A stretch of 64,000 nucleotides of DNA from an uncultured Sphingomonas sp. (GTDB lineage: Bacteria > Pseudomonadota > Alphaproteobacteria > Sphingomonadales > Sphingomonadaceae), in the NCBI GenBank assembly GCA_966211615.1, contig CBIHNZ010000017.1, positions 22,954-86,953 on the forward strand. Direction: 5' to 3'. The position numbers and the translations under genes are program-made. The notes below the pieces were generated by a model, which was not told where the DNA came from, did no database searches, and saw only the letters and a list, made by a program, of their open reading frames with translations. This document shows positions 40,482 through 50,361 of this stretch, in pieces (the first letter of the stretch is position 1; each line of letters opens with the position of its first letter).

Positions 40482-41666
40482 TTAGGAGGGTAGATCGAGG
40501 ATACGCTTGGCGATGATGTTGAGCTGGATCTCGCTGGTGCCGCCTTCGATCGAATTGGCTTTGGTACGGAGCCAGGCGCGGGGCTTGGCGCCGCCCTGCG
40601 AGGCCTTGCTATCCCATTCGAGTGCCTCGCTGCCGCCCGCGGCCATGACCAGCTCGTGACGGGCCTTGTTCAGCTCGGTGCCGTAATATTTCATCATCGA
40701 GGGCTGGGCGGGATGGGCGCGGCCGGCCTTGAGCTCGTCGATGAAGCGCTCGGACATCGCCGCGAAGGCGCGGGCGCGTACTTCGAAGACCGCAATGTTC
40801 GCCCGGAGCAGCGGATCGGCAAGCCGGCCCGCGTCGTCGCGGCCGATCGTGCGACAAGCGTCGTCGACCAGCACATTGCCGCCGCCACCGCCAAGACCCA
40901 TGCCCGAGATCATCTCGCGCTCATGGCCGAGCAGGTACTTGGCGACGTCCCAGCCCTTGTTGAGCTCGCCGAGCAGATTCGCCTTGGGCACCTTCACATT
41001 GTCGAAGAACGTCTCGCAGAAGGGCGAATAGCCCGAGATCAGCAGGATCGGCCTGGTCGAGACGCCCTCGCTCGCCATGTCGAACAGCAGGAAGCTGATA
41101 CCGCCCTGCTTGGTGCTCTTGTCGGTGCGGACGAGGCAGAAGATCCAGTCGGCCTGGTCGGCATAGCTGGTCCAGACCTTCTGGCCGTTGACGACGAAAT
41201 GGTCGCCGGCATCTTCCGCCGAAGTTTGCAGCCCGGCGAGGTCGGAACCGGCATTGGGCTCGGAATAGCCCTGGCACCAGCGGATCTCGCCGCGCGCGAT
41301 CCTGGGCAGATGATCGAGCTTCTGCTCCTCGCTGCCATATTTGAGCAGCGCCGGCCCGAGCATCGAGATGCCGAAGCTGTTGAGCGGATTGCGGCACTGG
41401 AGCCGCGCCATCTCCTCGCGCAGGATCTTGGTCTCGGCCGGGCTGAGCCCGCCGCCGCCATAGGCCCTGGGCCAATCGGGCACCGTCCAGCCGCGCGCGC
41501 CCATCCGGTCCATCCAGAGCTTCTGGTCGGGATGGGCATAGACCGGGTTGCGACCGCCCCAGGTCGCGTCCTTCTCGCCGCGCGCGGGGGTGCGCATCGC
41601 GGGGGGACAGTTTTCCTCGAGCCAGGCGCGGGTTTCGAGGCGGAATGCGGTGAGGTCTTCGGTCAT
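40482..41666 (-). CDS. Acyl-CoA dehydrogenase, PimC/FadE26-like large subunit
   Basis: WCQGYSEPNAGSDL, NGQKVWTS, IEGGTSEIQLNIIAKRIL. Confidence 0.93.
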   Translation of the reverse strand: MTEDLTAFRLETRAWLEENCPPAMRTPARGEKDATWGGRNPVYAHPDQKLWMDRMGARGWTVPDWPRAYGGGGLSPAETKILREEMARLQCRNPLNSFGISMLGPALLKYGSEEQKLDHLPRIARGEIRWCQGYSEPNAGSDLAGLQTSAEDAGDHFVVNGQKVWTSYADQADWIFCLVRTDKSTKQGGISFLLFDMASEGVSTRPILLISGYSPFCETFFDNVKVPKANLLGELNKGWDVAKYLLGHEREMISGMGLGGGGGNVLVDDACRTIGRDDAGRLADPLLRANIAVFEVRARAFAAMSERFIDELKAGRAHPAQPSMMKYYGTELNKARHELVMAAGGSEALEWDSKASQGGAKPRAWLRTKANSIEGGTSEIQLNIIAKRILDLPS

Positions 41667-41684
41667 CCTCTCTCGTCCTTCTAG

Positions 41685-41797
41685 CCCTCTCCCGCTTGCG
41701 GGAGAGGGTTGGGTGAGGGTGTGTAGCGCGCCCCAGGCGTGTCGCCTGTTGATCGGACACACCCTCACCCCGACCCTCTCCCGCAGGCGGGAGAGGG
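41685..41797. repeat. CCCTC-type palindromic intergenic repeat, copy 3
   Basis: CCCTCTCCCGCTTGCGGGAGAGGGTTGGGTGAGGGT...ACCCTCACCCCGACCCTCTCCCGCAGGCGGGAGAGGG. Confidence 0.88.
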
Positions 41798-41806
41798 AGA
41801 TTTGGG

Positions 41807-43831
41807 TCACTTGTTGAACTTCTCGCCCTTCTCGGCCTTTTCGCGGAGCAGGGGGGCGACCTCGAAGCCGTGCTTCTCGAGGCCCGCGACGATCTTCTTG
41901 AGGCCCTCGGTATCGGCCCAGAACATCGGGCCGCCGCGATAGACCGGCCAGCCATAGCCGTAGATCCACACCACATCGATGTCCGACGCGCGCTGGGCCA
42001 TGCCCTCGGCGAGGATCAGCGCGCCTTCGTTGACCATCGGATAGAGGGTGCGCTCGACGATCTCCTCGTCGGTGATCGCGTGCTGCGCGGCGCCGGTCTG
42101 TTTGCGGAAATCCTCGATGATCTCGGCGACGCGCGGGGAGGGCGAGGGGTTCCGCTTCTCGTCATAGTCGTAGAAGCCCTTGCCGGTCTTCTGGCCCCAG
42201 CGGCCCTCGGCCGCGAGCGCGTCACGGATATTCTCGATGCGGGTGGGGTCGCGGTGCCAGCCGATATCGACGCCGGCGAGGTCGCTCATCTGGAACGGGC
42301 CCATCGGCATGCCGAACGCGACATGGACCTTGTCGATCTGCTCGGGCGTGGCGCCCTCCATCAGCAGCTTCATCGCCTCGACCTGGCGCGGCATCAGCAT
42401 GCGGTTGCCGATAAAGCCGTGGCAGACGCCGGCGACCACGGCGACCTTCTTGATCTTCTTCGAGATCGCCATGGCGGTGGCCAGCACGTCATCGGCGGTC
42501 CTGGCGCCGCGGACGATCTCGAGCAGCTTCATGATATTGGCCGGCGAGAAGAAGTGGAGGCCGAGCACGTCCTGCGGGCGCGAGGTGCTGGCAGCGATCT
42601 CGTCCACGTTGAGGTAGGAGGTGTTGGAGGCGAGGATCGCGCCGGGCTTGGCGATCCTGTCGAGCCGTCCGAAGACCTCCTTCTTGACGTCCATGCTCTC
42701 ATAGACCGCCTCGATGATCAGGTCGCACTCGGCGAGATCGTCGAAGTTGAGCGTCGGCTTGAGCAGCCCCATCGCGCCCTCGACCTGCTCGGCGGTCATG
42801 CGGCCCTTGGCGGCGGTCGCCTCGTAATTCTTGCGGATCGTGCCGGTGCCGCGGGTCAGCGCCTCCTCGGCCATCTCGACGATCGTAACGGGGACGCCGG
42901 CCGACAGGAAGTTCATCGAGATGCCGCCGCCCATCGTGCCGGCGCCGATCACGCCGACGCGCTTGATGTCGCGCAGCTGGATGTCCTCGGGGATGCCGTC
43001 GATCTTCGACGCCTTGCGCTCGGCGAAGAAGATGTGGCGCAGCGCCGCCGACTGGGTACCCATGATCAGCTTCATGAAGCCCATCCGCTCGGCCTGGACG
43101 CCCTCGGCATAGGGCTTGCCGGCGGTCTGCTCGATCAGGTCGATGATCGTCGCGGGCGCCTCGAAGCCGCGGAAGCGCTTGGCGTTGGTCTTGCGGAAAT
43201 TCTCGAACACCGCCGGATCGACGGTGACCGGGCGCTCGCTGGAGCGCGAGATCGGCTTGCCCACGACGTCGTTGGCGAAGGCGACGGCGTCCGCGAGCAG
43301 GCTGTTCTCGCCCGCCAGGCGATCGACCAGCCCGGCGGCCTGGGCCTGGGCGGCCGAGACCGGGTCGCCCTTGGCGGCCAGTTCGAGCGCGAACTCGACG
43401 CCCGCGACGCGCGGCATGCGCTGGGTGCCGCCGGCGCCGGGCAGGATGCCGAGCTTGACCTCGGGCAGGCCGAACTTCGCCGATGGGACGGCGATGCGAT
43501 AATGGCTGGCGAGCGCGACCTCGCAGCCGCCGCCGAGCGCGGTGCCGTGGATCGCCGCTATGACCGGCTTGTCGAGCGCCTCGATCGCGTCGACCAGCAC
43601 GGGCAGCGAGGGCTCCTGCATCGGCTTGCCGAATTCGGTGATGTCGGCGCCGGCGAAGAAGGTCTTGCCGGCGCAGGTGATGACGACGGCCTTGATGCTG
43701 TCATCGTTCCTGGCTTCCTCGATCCCGGCCTGCAGGCCCTGGCGGACCGCAGCGCCGAGCGCGTTCACCGGCGGATTGTCCGAGGTGAGGATCAGGACGT
43801 CGCCCTGGCGGCTGGTGGTAATCACGGACAT
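41807..43831 (-). CDS. Bifunctional enoyl-CoA hydratase/3-hydroxyacyl-CoA dehydrogenase (FadN/PimF-like)
   Basis: [60 protein letters not shown]. Confidence 0.95.
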   Translation of the reverse strand: MSVITTSRQGDVLILTSDNPPVNALGAAVRQGLQAGIEEARNDDSIKAVVITCAGKTFFAGADITEFGKPMQEPSLPVLVDAIEALDKPVIAAIHGTALGGGCEVALASHYRIAVPSAKFGLPEVKLGILPGAGGTQRMPRVAGVEFALELAAKGDPVSAAQAQAAGLVDRLAGENSLLADAVAFANDVVGKPISRSSERPVTVDPAVFENFRKTNAKRFRGFEAPATIIDLIEQTAGKPYAEGVQAERMGFMKLIMGTQSAALRHIFFAERKASKIDGIPEDIQLRDIKRVGVIGAGTMGGGISMNFLSAGVPVTIVEMAEEALTRGTGTIRKNYEATAAKGRMTAEQVEGAMGLLKPTLNFDDLAECDLIIEAVYESMDVKKEVFGRLDRIAKPGAILASNTSYLNVDEIAASTSRPQDVLGLHFFSPANIMKLLEIVRGARTADDVLATAMAISKKIKKVAVVAGVCHGFIGNRMLMPRQVEAMKLLMEGATPEQIDKVHVAFGMPMGPFQMSDLAGVDIGWHRDPTRIENIRDALAAEGRWGQKTGKGFYDYDEKRNPSPSPRVAEIIEDFRKQTGAAQHAITDEEIVERTLYPMVNEGALILAEGMAQRASDIDVVWIYGYGWPVYRGGPMFWADTEGLKKIVAGLEKHGFEVAPLLREKAEKGEKFNK

Positions 43832-43854
43832 TGGTTTTCTCCGATTTTTCTTTT

Positions 43855-43936
43855 CGTCATCCCCGCGAAAGCGGGAAGCCAGAGCCAAGCAGGACATTGC
43901 CTGTTACCCTGGCTCCCCGCTTTCGCGGGGATGACG
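43855..43936 (+). repeat. CGTC-type REP doublet, copy 2
   Basis: CGTCATCCCCGCGAAAGCGGGAAGCCAGAGCCAA...CCCTGGCTCCCCGCTTTCGCGGGGATGACG. Confidence 0.9.
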
Positions 43937-43942
43937 GTTGGG

Positions 43943-45163
43943 TCAGGTGAGAGCCGAATAGATCAAGGTCTTGAGCTCGCGGCGGATCGGGTAGGTTGTG
44001 GACGGCGAGAATTGCGTCATGAAGACCATCGTGATCCGTTCGACCGGATCGATGAAGAAGGCGGTCGAGAACATCCCGCCCCAATAATATTCGCCCGACG
44101 AGCCCGGCAGCATCGACTTGGCGACGTCCATGGTGATGGCGAAGCCCAGGCCGAAGCCGGTGCCGGCATTGGTCGTCTCGCTGAACAGCGAGCGCGACAT
44201 GTGATTGAGGTCAGAACCGCCGGGCAGATGGTTCATCGTCATCAGGTCGACGGTCTTGCGGCTGACCAGCCGAACGCCCTCCAGTTCGCCGCCGTTGAGG
44301 AAGAAGGTGTTGAAGCGGTGATAGTCGAGCGCCGAGGAGACAAGGCCGCCGCCGCCCGAGACCAGGCGGGGGAAGCGCGACCAGGCCGAGGCCGCGCCGC
44401 GATCGTACAGCACGCGCGCGCCGCCCGGGGCCAGCGTCCAGCAATCGGCGAGACGGTCGATCTTGTCCTCGGGCACCTGGAAGAAGGTGTCGTGCATGCC
44501 GAGCGGTTCGAGGATGCGCTCGGCGAAGAAGCGGTCGAGGCTCTGGCCCGAGACGCGCTGGACCACCGCGCCGAGCACGTCGGTCGAGACCGAATAATTC
44601 CATTCGTCGCCGGGCGAGAATTCGAGCGGGAGCCTGCCGAGCGCGGCGACGAACTCGTCGAGCGTCAGATTGCCGTGCCAGCTCTCCATCTTGGAGTCGC
44701 GATAGGCGGCGTCGATCGGCGTGCGGTCCTGGAAGCCATAGGTGAGGCCCGAGGTGTGGCGGAGCAGATCGATCATCCGCATCGGGCTGGCGGTCGGCCG
44801 GGTCTCGAAGGGTGCGCCGCTGCCGCCGCCGGCATAGACGCCGATGCCCTTGAATTCGGGCAGGACATGATGGACCGGCGTGTCGAGCGCGACCTTGCCC
44901 TCCTCCAGCAGCATCATGAAGGCGAGGCTGGTGATCGGCTTGGTCATCGAGGCGATGCGGAACAGGGTGGTGTGATCGACCGGCGCGCCGCCCTCGCGGG
45001 CCGGGCCCTGGTGCGAGAAATGGACAATCCGCCCGCCGCGCGCGATCAACAGCTGGGCATGGGGGAGCCGGCCCGAATCGAGATAGCGCTCCTTCACAAA
45101 ACTATCGATCCGCGCAAGCCGGACGCTGTCGAATCCCTCGCTCTCGGGGCTGGCGATCTTCAT
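43943..45163 (-). CDS. Serine hydrolase (beta-lactamase/EstB-like esterase family)
   Basis: SxxK motif ASMTKP, LLRHTSG, YSVS, GGGLVS, WGG. Confidence 0.9.
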   Translation of the reverse strand: MKIASPESEGFDSVRLARIDSFVKERYLDSGRLPHAQLLIARGGRIVHFSHQGPAREGGAPVDHTTLFRIASMTKPITSLAFMMLLEEGKVALDTPVHHVLPEFKGIGVYAGGGSGAPFETRPTASPMRMIDLLRHTSGLTYGFQDRTPIDAAYRDSKMESWHGNLTLDEFVAALGRLPLEFSPGDEWNYSVSTDVLGAVVQRVSGQSLDRFFAERILEPLGMHDTFFQVPEDKIDRLADCWTLAPGGARVLYDRGAASAWSRFPRLVSGGGGLVSSALDYHRFNTFFLNGGELEGVRLVSRKTVDLMTMNHLPGGSDLNHMSRSLFSETTNAGTGFGLGFAITMDVAKSMLPGSSGEYYWGGMFSTAFFIDPVERITMVFMTQFSPSTTYPIRRELKTLIYSALT

Positions 45164-45318
45164 GCTGCGGGCATACCTCTTGTTCGAATCTGCAGACTCG
45201 CGCCTTCTTGCGTGCGCACGTCTCCTATTGCCTTGAGCGCGACACGAATCAACACTAACGTTCCGGATGGTAGGGCTGTTACGCCAAACCCAACATTCAG
45301 ATTCTGGAGAGATCGCGC

Positions 45319-47067
45319 TTGTCCCTCGAACCGATCGTGCCGCTGGACCCGACCTGGCCCAAGATGTCGCTGGAAGATGCCAAGGCCGCGCTGACCGCGC
45401 CGGGCGCGCGCTTCGAAATGGAGACGGTGGCGATCCGCGGGGTGCCGACGCGGGTGTGGAAGAACGCGCCGCCGTCGCTCGCGGTTCTGCAGCGCCTGGT
45501 GCGCGCCTATGGCGAGCGTGTCTTCACCATCTATGAGGACGAGCGCGTAACCTATGAAGCGAATTACCGCGCGGTCTGCCATCTTGCCGCGAAGCTCCAG
45601 GCGCTGGGGGTGACGAAGGGCGACCGGGTGGCGTTGGCGATGCGCAACCTGCCCGAATGGCCGGTGATCTTCTTCGCGGCGACGAGCATCGGCGCGATCC
45701 TGGTGCCGCTCAACGCGTGGTGGACCGGCGGCGAGCTCGAATATGGCCTCAAGGATTCGGGATCGAAAATCCTCTTCGTCGATGCCGAGCGGCACGAGCG
45801 GCTGAAGCAATGCTATGGCGTGCTGCCCGACCTGGAGACGGTGGTGGTGAGCCGCGCCAAGAGCGCGCTGGACCTGCCGGCGACGAGCCTGGAGGGGATG
45901 ATCGGCACCCCGACCGAATGGGCCTCGCTATCCGATATTCCGTTCCCCGAGGTCGCGATCGCGCCCGAGGACGACGCGACGATCTTCTACACCAGCGGCA
46001 CCACCGGCAGCCCCAAGGGCGCGCTCGGCACGCACCGCAACATCATGACCAACATCATGTCGGGCGGCTATTCGGCGTCGCGGACCCTGCTCCGCCGCGG
46101 CGAGATCCCGCCGGCGCTGCCCGAGCACAAGGTGAGCCTGCTGGTGATTCCCTTGTTCCACGTCACCGCCTGCAGCGCGGGGCTGATGGGGATGATGGCG
46201 GCTGGGGCGACGATCGTGTTCATGCGGCGCTGGGACCCGGTGCTGGCGATGGGCCTGATCGAGCGCGAGAAGATCAACATGACCGGCGGCGTGCCGACGA
46301 TCGCCTGGCAGTTGCTGGAACATCCGGAGCGGGCGAACCACGACCTCTCCAGCCTGGAGATGATCGCCTATGGCGGCGCGCCCTCGGCGCCCGAGCTGGT
46401 GCGGCGGATCTATGAGGAATTCGGCGCGCTGCCCTCGAACGGCTGGGGCATGACCGAGACGATGGCGACAGTGACCAGCCATGGCGCCGAGGACTATCTC
46501 TCCAGGCCGACCAGCGCGGGGCCTCCCGTCGCGGTGGCCGACCTCAAGATCATGGACCTGGAGGGCGAGACCGAGCTGCCGCTGGGCGAGGTCGGCGAGC
46601 TCTGGGCCAGCGGGCCGATGATCGTGAAGGGCTATTGGGCCAAGCCCGAGGCGACGGCGGAGACCTTCCGCGACGGCTGGGTGCGCACCGGCGACCTGGC
46701 GCGGCTCGACGAGGACGGCTTCGTCTATATCGTCGACCGGGCCAAGGACATCATCATCCGCGGCGGCGAGAATATCTATTCGAGCGAGGTCGAGGACGTG
46801 CTCTATGCGCATCCGGCGGTGACCGACGCGGCGCTGATCGGGGTGCCCCACAAGACGCTGGGCGAGGAGCCGGTGGCGGTGGTCCACCTGGCGCCGGGCC
46901 AGAGCGCGAGCGAGGCGGAGCTGCAGGCCTGGGTCCGCGAGCGGCTGGCCGGGTTCAAGGTGCCGGTGGCGGTGCGCTTCGTCTCGGACGTGCTGCCGCG
47001 GAACGCGAACGGGAAGATCCTGAAGAAGGACCTGAAGGCGCTGTTCGTGGGGGAGGCGGCGGCTTAG
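45319..47067 (+). CDS. Long-chain acyl-CoA ligase (class I adenylate-forming)
   Basis: YTSGTTGSPKG, GWGMTET, RTGDL, DRAKDIIIRGGENIY, NGKILK; TTG start after a GGAG RBS. Confidence 0.93.
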   Translation: MSLEPIVPLDPTWPKMSLEDAKAALTAPGARFEMETVAIRGVPTRVWKNAPPSLAVLQRLVRAYGERVFTIYEDERVTYEANYRAVCHLAAKLQALGVTKGDRVALAMRNLPEWPVIFFAATSIGAILVPLNAWWTGGELEYGLKDSGSKILFVDAERHERLKQCYGVLPDLETVVVSRAKSALDLPATSLEGMIGTPTEWASLSDIPFPEVAIAPEDDATIFYTSGTTGSPKGALGTHRNIMTNIMSGGYSASRTLLRRGEIPPALPEHKVSLLVIPLFHVTACSAGLMGMMAAGATIVFMRRWDPVLAMGLIEREKINMTGGVPTIAWQLLEHPERANHDLSSLEMIAYGGAPSAPELVRRIYEEFGALPSNGWGMTETMATVTSHGAEDYLSRPTSAGPPVAVADLKIMDLEGETELPLGEVGELWASGPMIVKGYWAKPEATAETFRDGWVRTGDLARLDEDGFVYIVDRAKDIIIRGGENIYSSEVEDVLYAHPAVTDAALIGVPHKTLGEEPVAVVHLAPGQSASEAELQAWVRERLAGFKVPVAVRFVSDVLPRNANGKILKKDLKALFVGEAAA

Positions 47068-48530
47068 CCCGGCTGGACCACGCGCTCCACCGCGTGCTTC
47101 CACCCCGCCAGACGGGTTTCGCGGGTGCCGGCCTCCATTTTCGGCTCGAACGTCACCCCCGCGCCGCGCATCTTCGCCGCTTCCTCGAGCCCTGCGAACA
47201 TCCCGCATCCGACGCCCGCCAGCATCGCCGCGCCGAGCGCGGTGGTCTCGGCCAAATCGGGGCGGTCGACGGGGAGGGCGAGGATGTCGGCGAGGTCCTG
47301 CGCGATCCAGTCGTTGGTGACCATGCCGCCGTCGACGCGCAGCCGGGCCCAGTCGGCGCCGTCCGCGGCGAATGCGGTCTTGAGGTCATGGCTCTGGTGC
47401 GCCATCGCCTCCAGCGCGGCGCGGACGATATGCGCGCGGGTCGCCGAGAAGCTGAGGCCCGACAGGGCGGCGCGCGCATCGGGTTCCCACCAGGGCGCGC
47501 CGAGGCCGCTCAGCGCGGGGACGAGATAGACGCCGCCATTGTCCGGGACCGAGCGGGCGAGCGCCTCGGTCTCCCCGGCGGTCTCGATCAGCCGGATCGA
47601 ATCGCGGAGCCACTGGACCAGGCTGCCGGCGACGAACACCGAGCCTTCGAGCGCATAGGTGCGGCGGCCGCCCAGCTGCCACAGCACGGTCGAGAGCAGG
47701 CGATGCTTCGAGCTGGGCGGGATGGTGCCGGCATTGGTGAGGACGAAGGCGCCGGTGCCATAGGTCGCCTTGGTCTCGCCGCGCTCGAGACAGGCCTGGC
47801 CGATCGTCGCGGACTGCTGGTCGCCGGCCAGGCCACAGATCGGGATCTCGCCGCCGAACAGCCGGGTGGTGCCGAACCGGCCGGCGCAATCGACGATCTC
47901 GGGCAGCGCCTCGCGCGGGGCGTGGAACATGTCGAGCAGGCCGTCGCTCCAGCCGCCGCTGCCCAGGCCCATGAGCAAGGTGCGCGAGGCATTGGTGGCG
48001 TCGGTGACATGGAGGCCGCCGGTGAGCTTCCACACCAGCCAGCTTTCGATCGTGCCGATGGCGAGCCGGTCGCCCGCGCCCTTCAACTGCGGCCAATGCT
48101 CCATCGCCCAGGCGATCTTGGTGCCCGAGAAATAGGGATCGAGCAGCAGCCCGGTGCGTGCCTGGACGCCGGGCTCCTCGCCGGCCTCGCGCAGCTTGCG
48201 GCACAGGCCGGCGCTGCGGCGGTCCTGCCAGACGATCGCGGGGGCCAGCGGCTCGCCGCTGGTCTTGTCCCAGAAGACGATCGTCTCGCGCTGGTTGGTG
48301 ATGCCGATCGCGGCGACCTGGTCCGCGCCGCCGGCTTCCCGCACCATCGCGTGCGCGCATTCGAGGCTGCGGCGCCAGATCTCGTTCGCGTCATGCTCGA
48401 CCAGCCCGGGGCGGGGATAATGCTGGGTGAGCTCGGCGGAATGCGAAGCGAGGCATTTGCCGCCCGCGGCGAAGAGCATCGCGCGCGTCGAGGTGGTGCC
48501 TTCGTCGATGACGAGGATCTTTTCTGCCAT
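47064..48530 (-). CDS. glpK: Glycerol kinase
   Basis: IDEGTTSTR, GITNQRET, IVWQDRR, DATNASRT, GDQQSA, KATYGTG, YALEGS. Confidence 0.96.
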   Translation of the reverse strand: MAEKILVIDEGTTSTRAMLFAAGGKCLASHSAELTQHYPRPGLVEHDANEIWRRSLECAHAMVREAGGADQVAAIGITNQRETIVFWDKTSGEPLAPAIVWQDRRSAGLCRKLREAGEEPGVQARTGLLLDPYFSGTKIAWAMEHWPQLKGAGDRLAIGTIESWLVWKLTGGLHVTDATNASRTLLMGLGSGGWSDGLLDMFHAPREALPEIVDCAGRFGTTRLFGGEIPICGLAGDQQSATIGQACLERGETKATYGTGAFVLTNAGTIPPSSKHRLLSTVLWQLGGRRTYALEGSVFVAGSLVQWLRDSIRLIETAGETEALARSVPDNGGVYLVPALSGLGAPWWEPDARAALSGLSFSATRAHIVRAALEAMAHQSHDLKTAFAADGADWARLRVDGGMVTNDWIAQDLADILALPVDRPDLAETTALGAAMLAGVGCGMFAGLEEAAKMRGAGVTFEPKMEAGTRETRLAGWKHAVERVVQPG

Positions 48531-48624
48531 TCGGAGAGGCTAGCGGGGAATGGGGACTTGGGGAACCGGGGGCGTTGCTCCGAGTCGCGGGGACTCGTAG
48601 GGTGGCCCGAGCGAAAGGGCACAA

Positions 48625-49863
48625 GTGGACGACATACCCGGAATGATGGGCGGCGAGCCTCTGGACGACGGGATCCCTTCGGCAGGGGAACCCGCGTCGC
48701 GCGGCTCTGCCGAATTTCAGGAGAGCATCGGCAACGGGCTGAAGCGCGACCGGCTGATGGCGGCGCTGACGCTGATCGCCGGGATCGGGCTGCTGCTCGC
48801 CTTGCCCTTCGCGCTGCAGGCCGGATCGCCCTTCTTCCTGCCGCTCACCGCCGCGCTGGTGATCGCGATCGCGCTGGTGCCGCTGCTCGAATGGCTGGAG
48901 CGGCACCGCATGCCCGCGCCGCTCGCCGCGCTCACCTGCGTGCTGCTGTTCCTGGTCGCGGCAAACGTCGCGCTCGCCTCGATCGTGGTGCCGGCCTGGC
49001 AATGGATCCGGCGGCTGCCCGAGAGCATTCCCCAGATCCAGCACAATCTCGAGCCGCTGATCCGCTTCTACGCGAATCTCGAGCAGTTCGTGAACAAGAC
49101 GCTGACCAACTTCGCCGCCGCGCCGATTCGCCAGCCGACCACGGTGCAGGCCGCGCCGCCGCGCTCGCTGCTCGACCTGTTCACGACGTCGGCACCCTCG
49201 GCGCTGATCGAGATGTTCTTCGCGATCCTGGTGATCTATTTCTTCCTCTCGGGCTGGACCCGGCTGCGGCGCGGGGCGATCACCTCGCGCTCGAGCTTCG
49301 GCGGGGCGATGGCGACCGCGCGGGTGATCCAGGACGTGGTCGACGACACCTCGGCCTATCTGGGCACGATCACGCTGATCAACCTGACGCTGGGGCTGAT
49401 CGTCGCCGGCGCATTGTGGCTGCTCGGCATGCCGACGCCGCTGATGTGGGGCGGCATCGTCGCGCTGTTCAACTATATCCCCTATATCGGACCGGTGATC
49501 GCCGCCGTGCTGCTGGCGATCGGCGGGCTGATGAGCTTCGCCGATTTCGGCTGGGCGATGATTCCGCCCGCGATCATGATCGGCGCGCACCTGATCGAGG
49601 CCAATTTCGTGACGCCGCTGATCGTCGGGCATCGCCTGACGATCAATCCGATCATGATTCTCATCTCGCTGAGCTTCTGGGGATGGGTGTGGGGCACCAC
49701 CGGCGCGCTGCTCGCGGTGCCGCTGCTGATCATCATCCAGACGGTGCTGAACGCCGCCGGCAAGCCGGATATCGCGGGATTCCTGTTCGAGCACGGCACG
49801 CTGGTGAGCGATCCGGAGGAGACGCGGCCACATCGTCGCGCAAGCCGTGACCAATCCGGTTGA
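48625..49863 (+). CDS. AI-2E (PerM)-family transporter
   Basis: Multiple TM segments, FNYIPYIGP, IEANFVTPLIVG, WGWVWGTTGALLAVP. Exact start uncertain. Confidence 0.9.
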   Translation: MDDIPGMMGGEPLDDGIPSAGEPASRGSAEFQESIGNGLKRDRLMAALTLIAGIGLLLALPFALQAGSPFFLPLTAALVIAIALVPLLEWLERHRMPAPLAALTCVLLFLVAANVALASIVVPAWQWIRRLPESIPQIQHNLEPLIRFYANLEQFVNKTLTNFAAAPIRQPTTVQAAPPRSLLDLFTTSAPSALIEMFFAILVIYFFLSGWTRLRRGAITSRSSFGGAMATARVIQDVVDDTSAYLGTITLINLTLGLIVAGALWLLGMPTPLMWGGIVALFNYIPYIGPVIAAVLLAIGGLMSFADFGWAMIPPAIMIGAHLIEANFVTPLIVGHRLTINPIMILISLSFWGWVWGTTGALLAVPLLIIIQTVLNAAGKPDIAGFLFEHGTLVSDPEETRPHRRASRDQSG

Positions 49864-49888
49864 CACCCCCGAATCCGGCGGCTAGTGG
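49860..49888 (+). promoter_or_regulatory. Sigma-70 promoter of tRNA-Asp
   Basis: TTGACA at 49860 with a TAGTGG -10-like hexamer 17 bp downstream. Confidence 0.6.
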
Positions 49889-49910
49889 CCGCCTCCTCGC
49901 TTGGAAATGA

Positions 49911-49987
<77 letters not shown>

Positions 49988-50025
49988 CGCGCTTTTCGAA
50001 AAGCCGTGGATGGAAGCGGATTGCC

Positions 50026-50358
50026 CTAGAGCAGCGCGAAGCCGATGGCGGTGTTGACCGTCCCGCGAAGCGCGTCGATCGCTGCGTTGATCGCCTGCTC
50101 GACCGCGATGATCCCCATGCCCTCGATCGCGAGCAGCACGGCACGCGTGGCGTTCTTCTGCATTTCGAAGAGCACGCTGCTCTCGCCTTCGGTGATCTGG
50201 CCGGTGAGCTTGAGCTTGGTGATCTGCGCCAGCGAGGTTGCGAGCTTCTTTCCCTCGCCCTCGGCAAAATCCTTAACCTTGGGCCATTGCTGGCCGAACG
50301 AGCCCTTCATCGCGGCGACGATCGCCTTGGCGAGCTCGGCGGGCTTGAGATCGGCCAT
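50026..50358 (-). CDS. Small amphipathic helical hypothetical protein
   Basis: 110 aa, strong RBS (AAGGAGGAATAGGTCATG) embedded in the end of the upstream gene. Confidence 0.8.
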   Translation of the reverse strand: MADLKPAELAKAIVAAMKGSFGQQWPKVKDFAEGEGKKLATSLAQITKLKLTGQITEGESSVLFEMQKNATRAVLLAIEGMGIIAVEQAINAAIDALRGTVNTAIGFALL

Positions 50359-50361
50359 GAC

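Noticed and set aside
43943-45163. Beta-lactamase resistance gene
   Set aside because: SxxK plus YSVS and the acyl-CoA context fit an EstB-like esterase; there is no signal peptide.
41870-45394. 1174-aa plus-strand ORF, and other long ORFs such as 46635-49850, 10706-13249, 26866-28623 and 53810-55738
   Set aside because: Shadow or alternative frames of well-supported genes; long stop-free antisense frames are expected in high-GC DNA.
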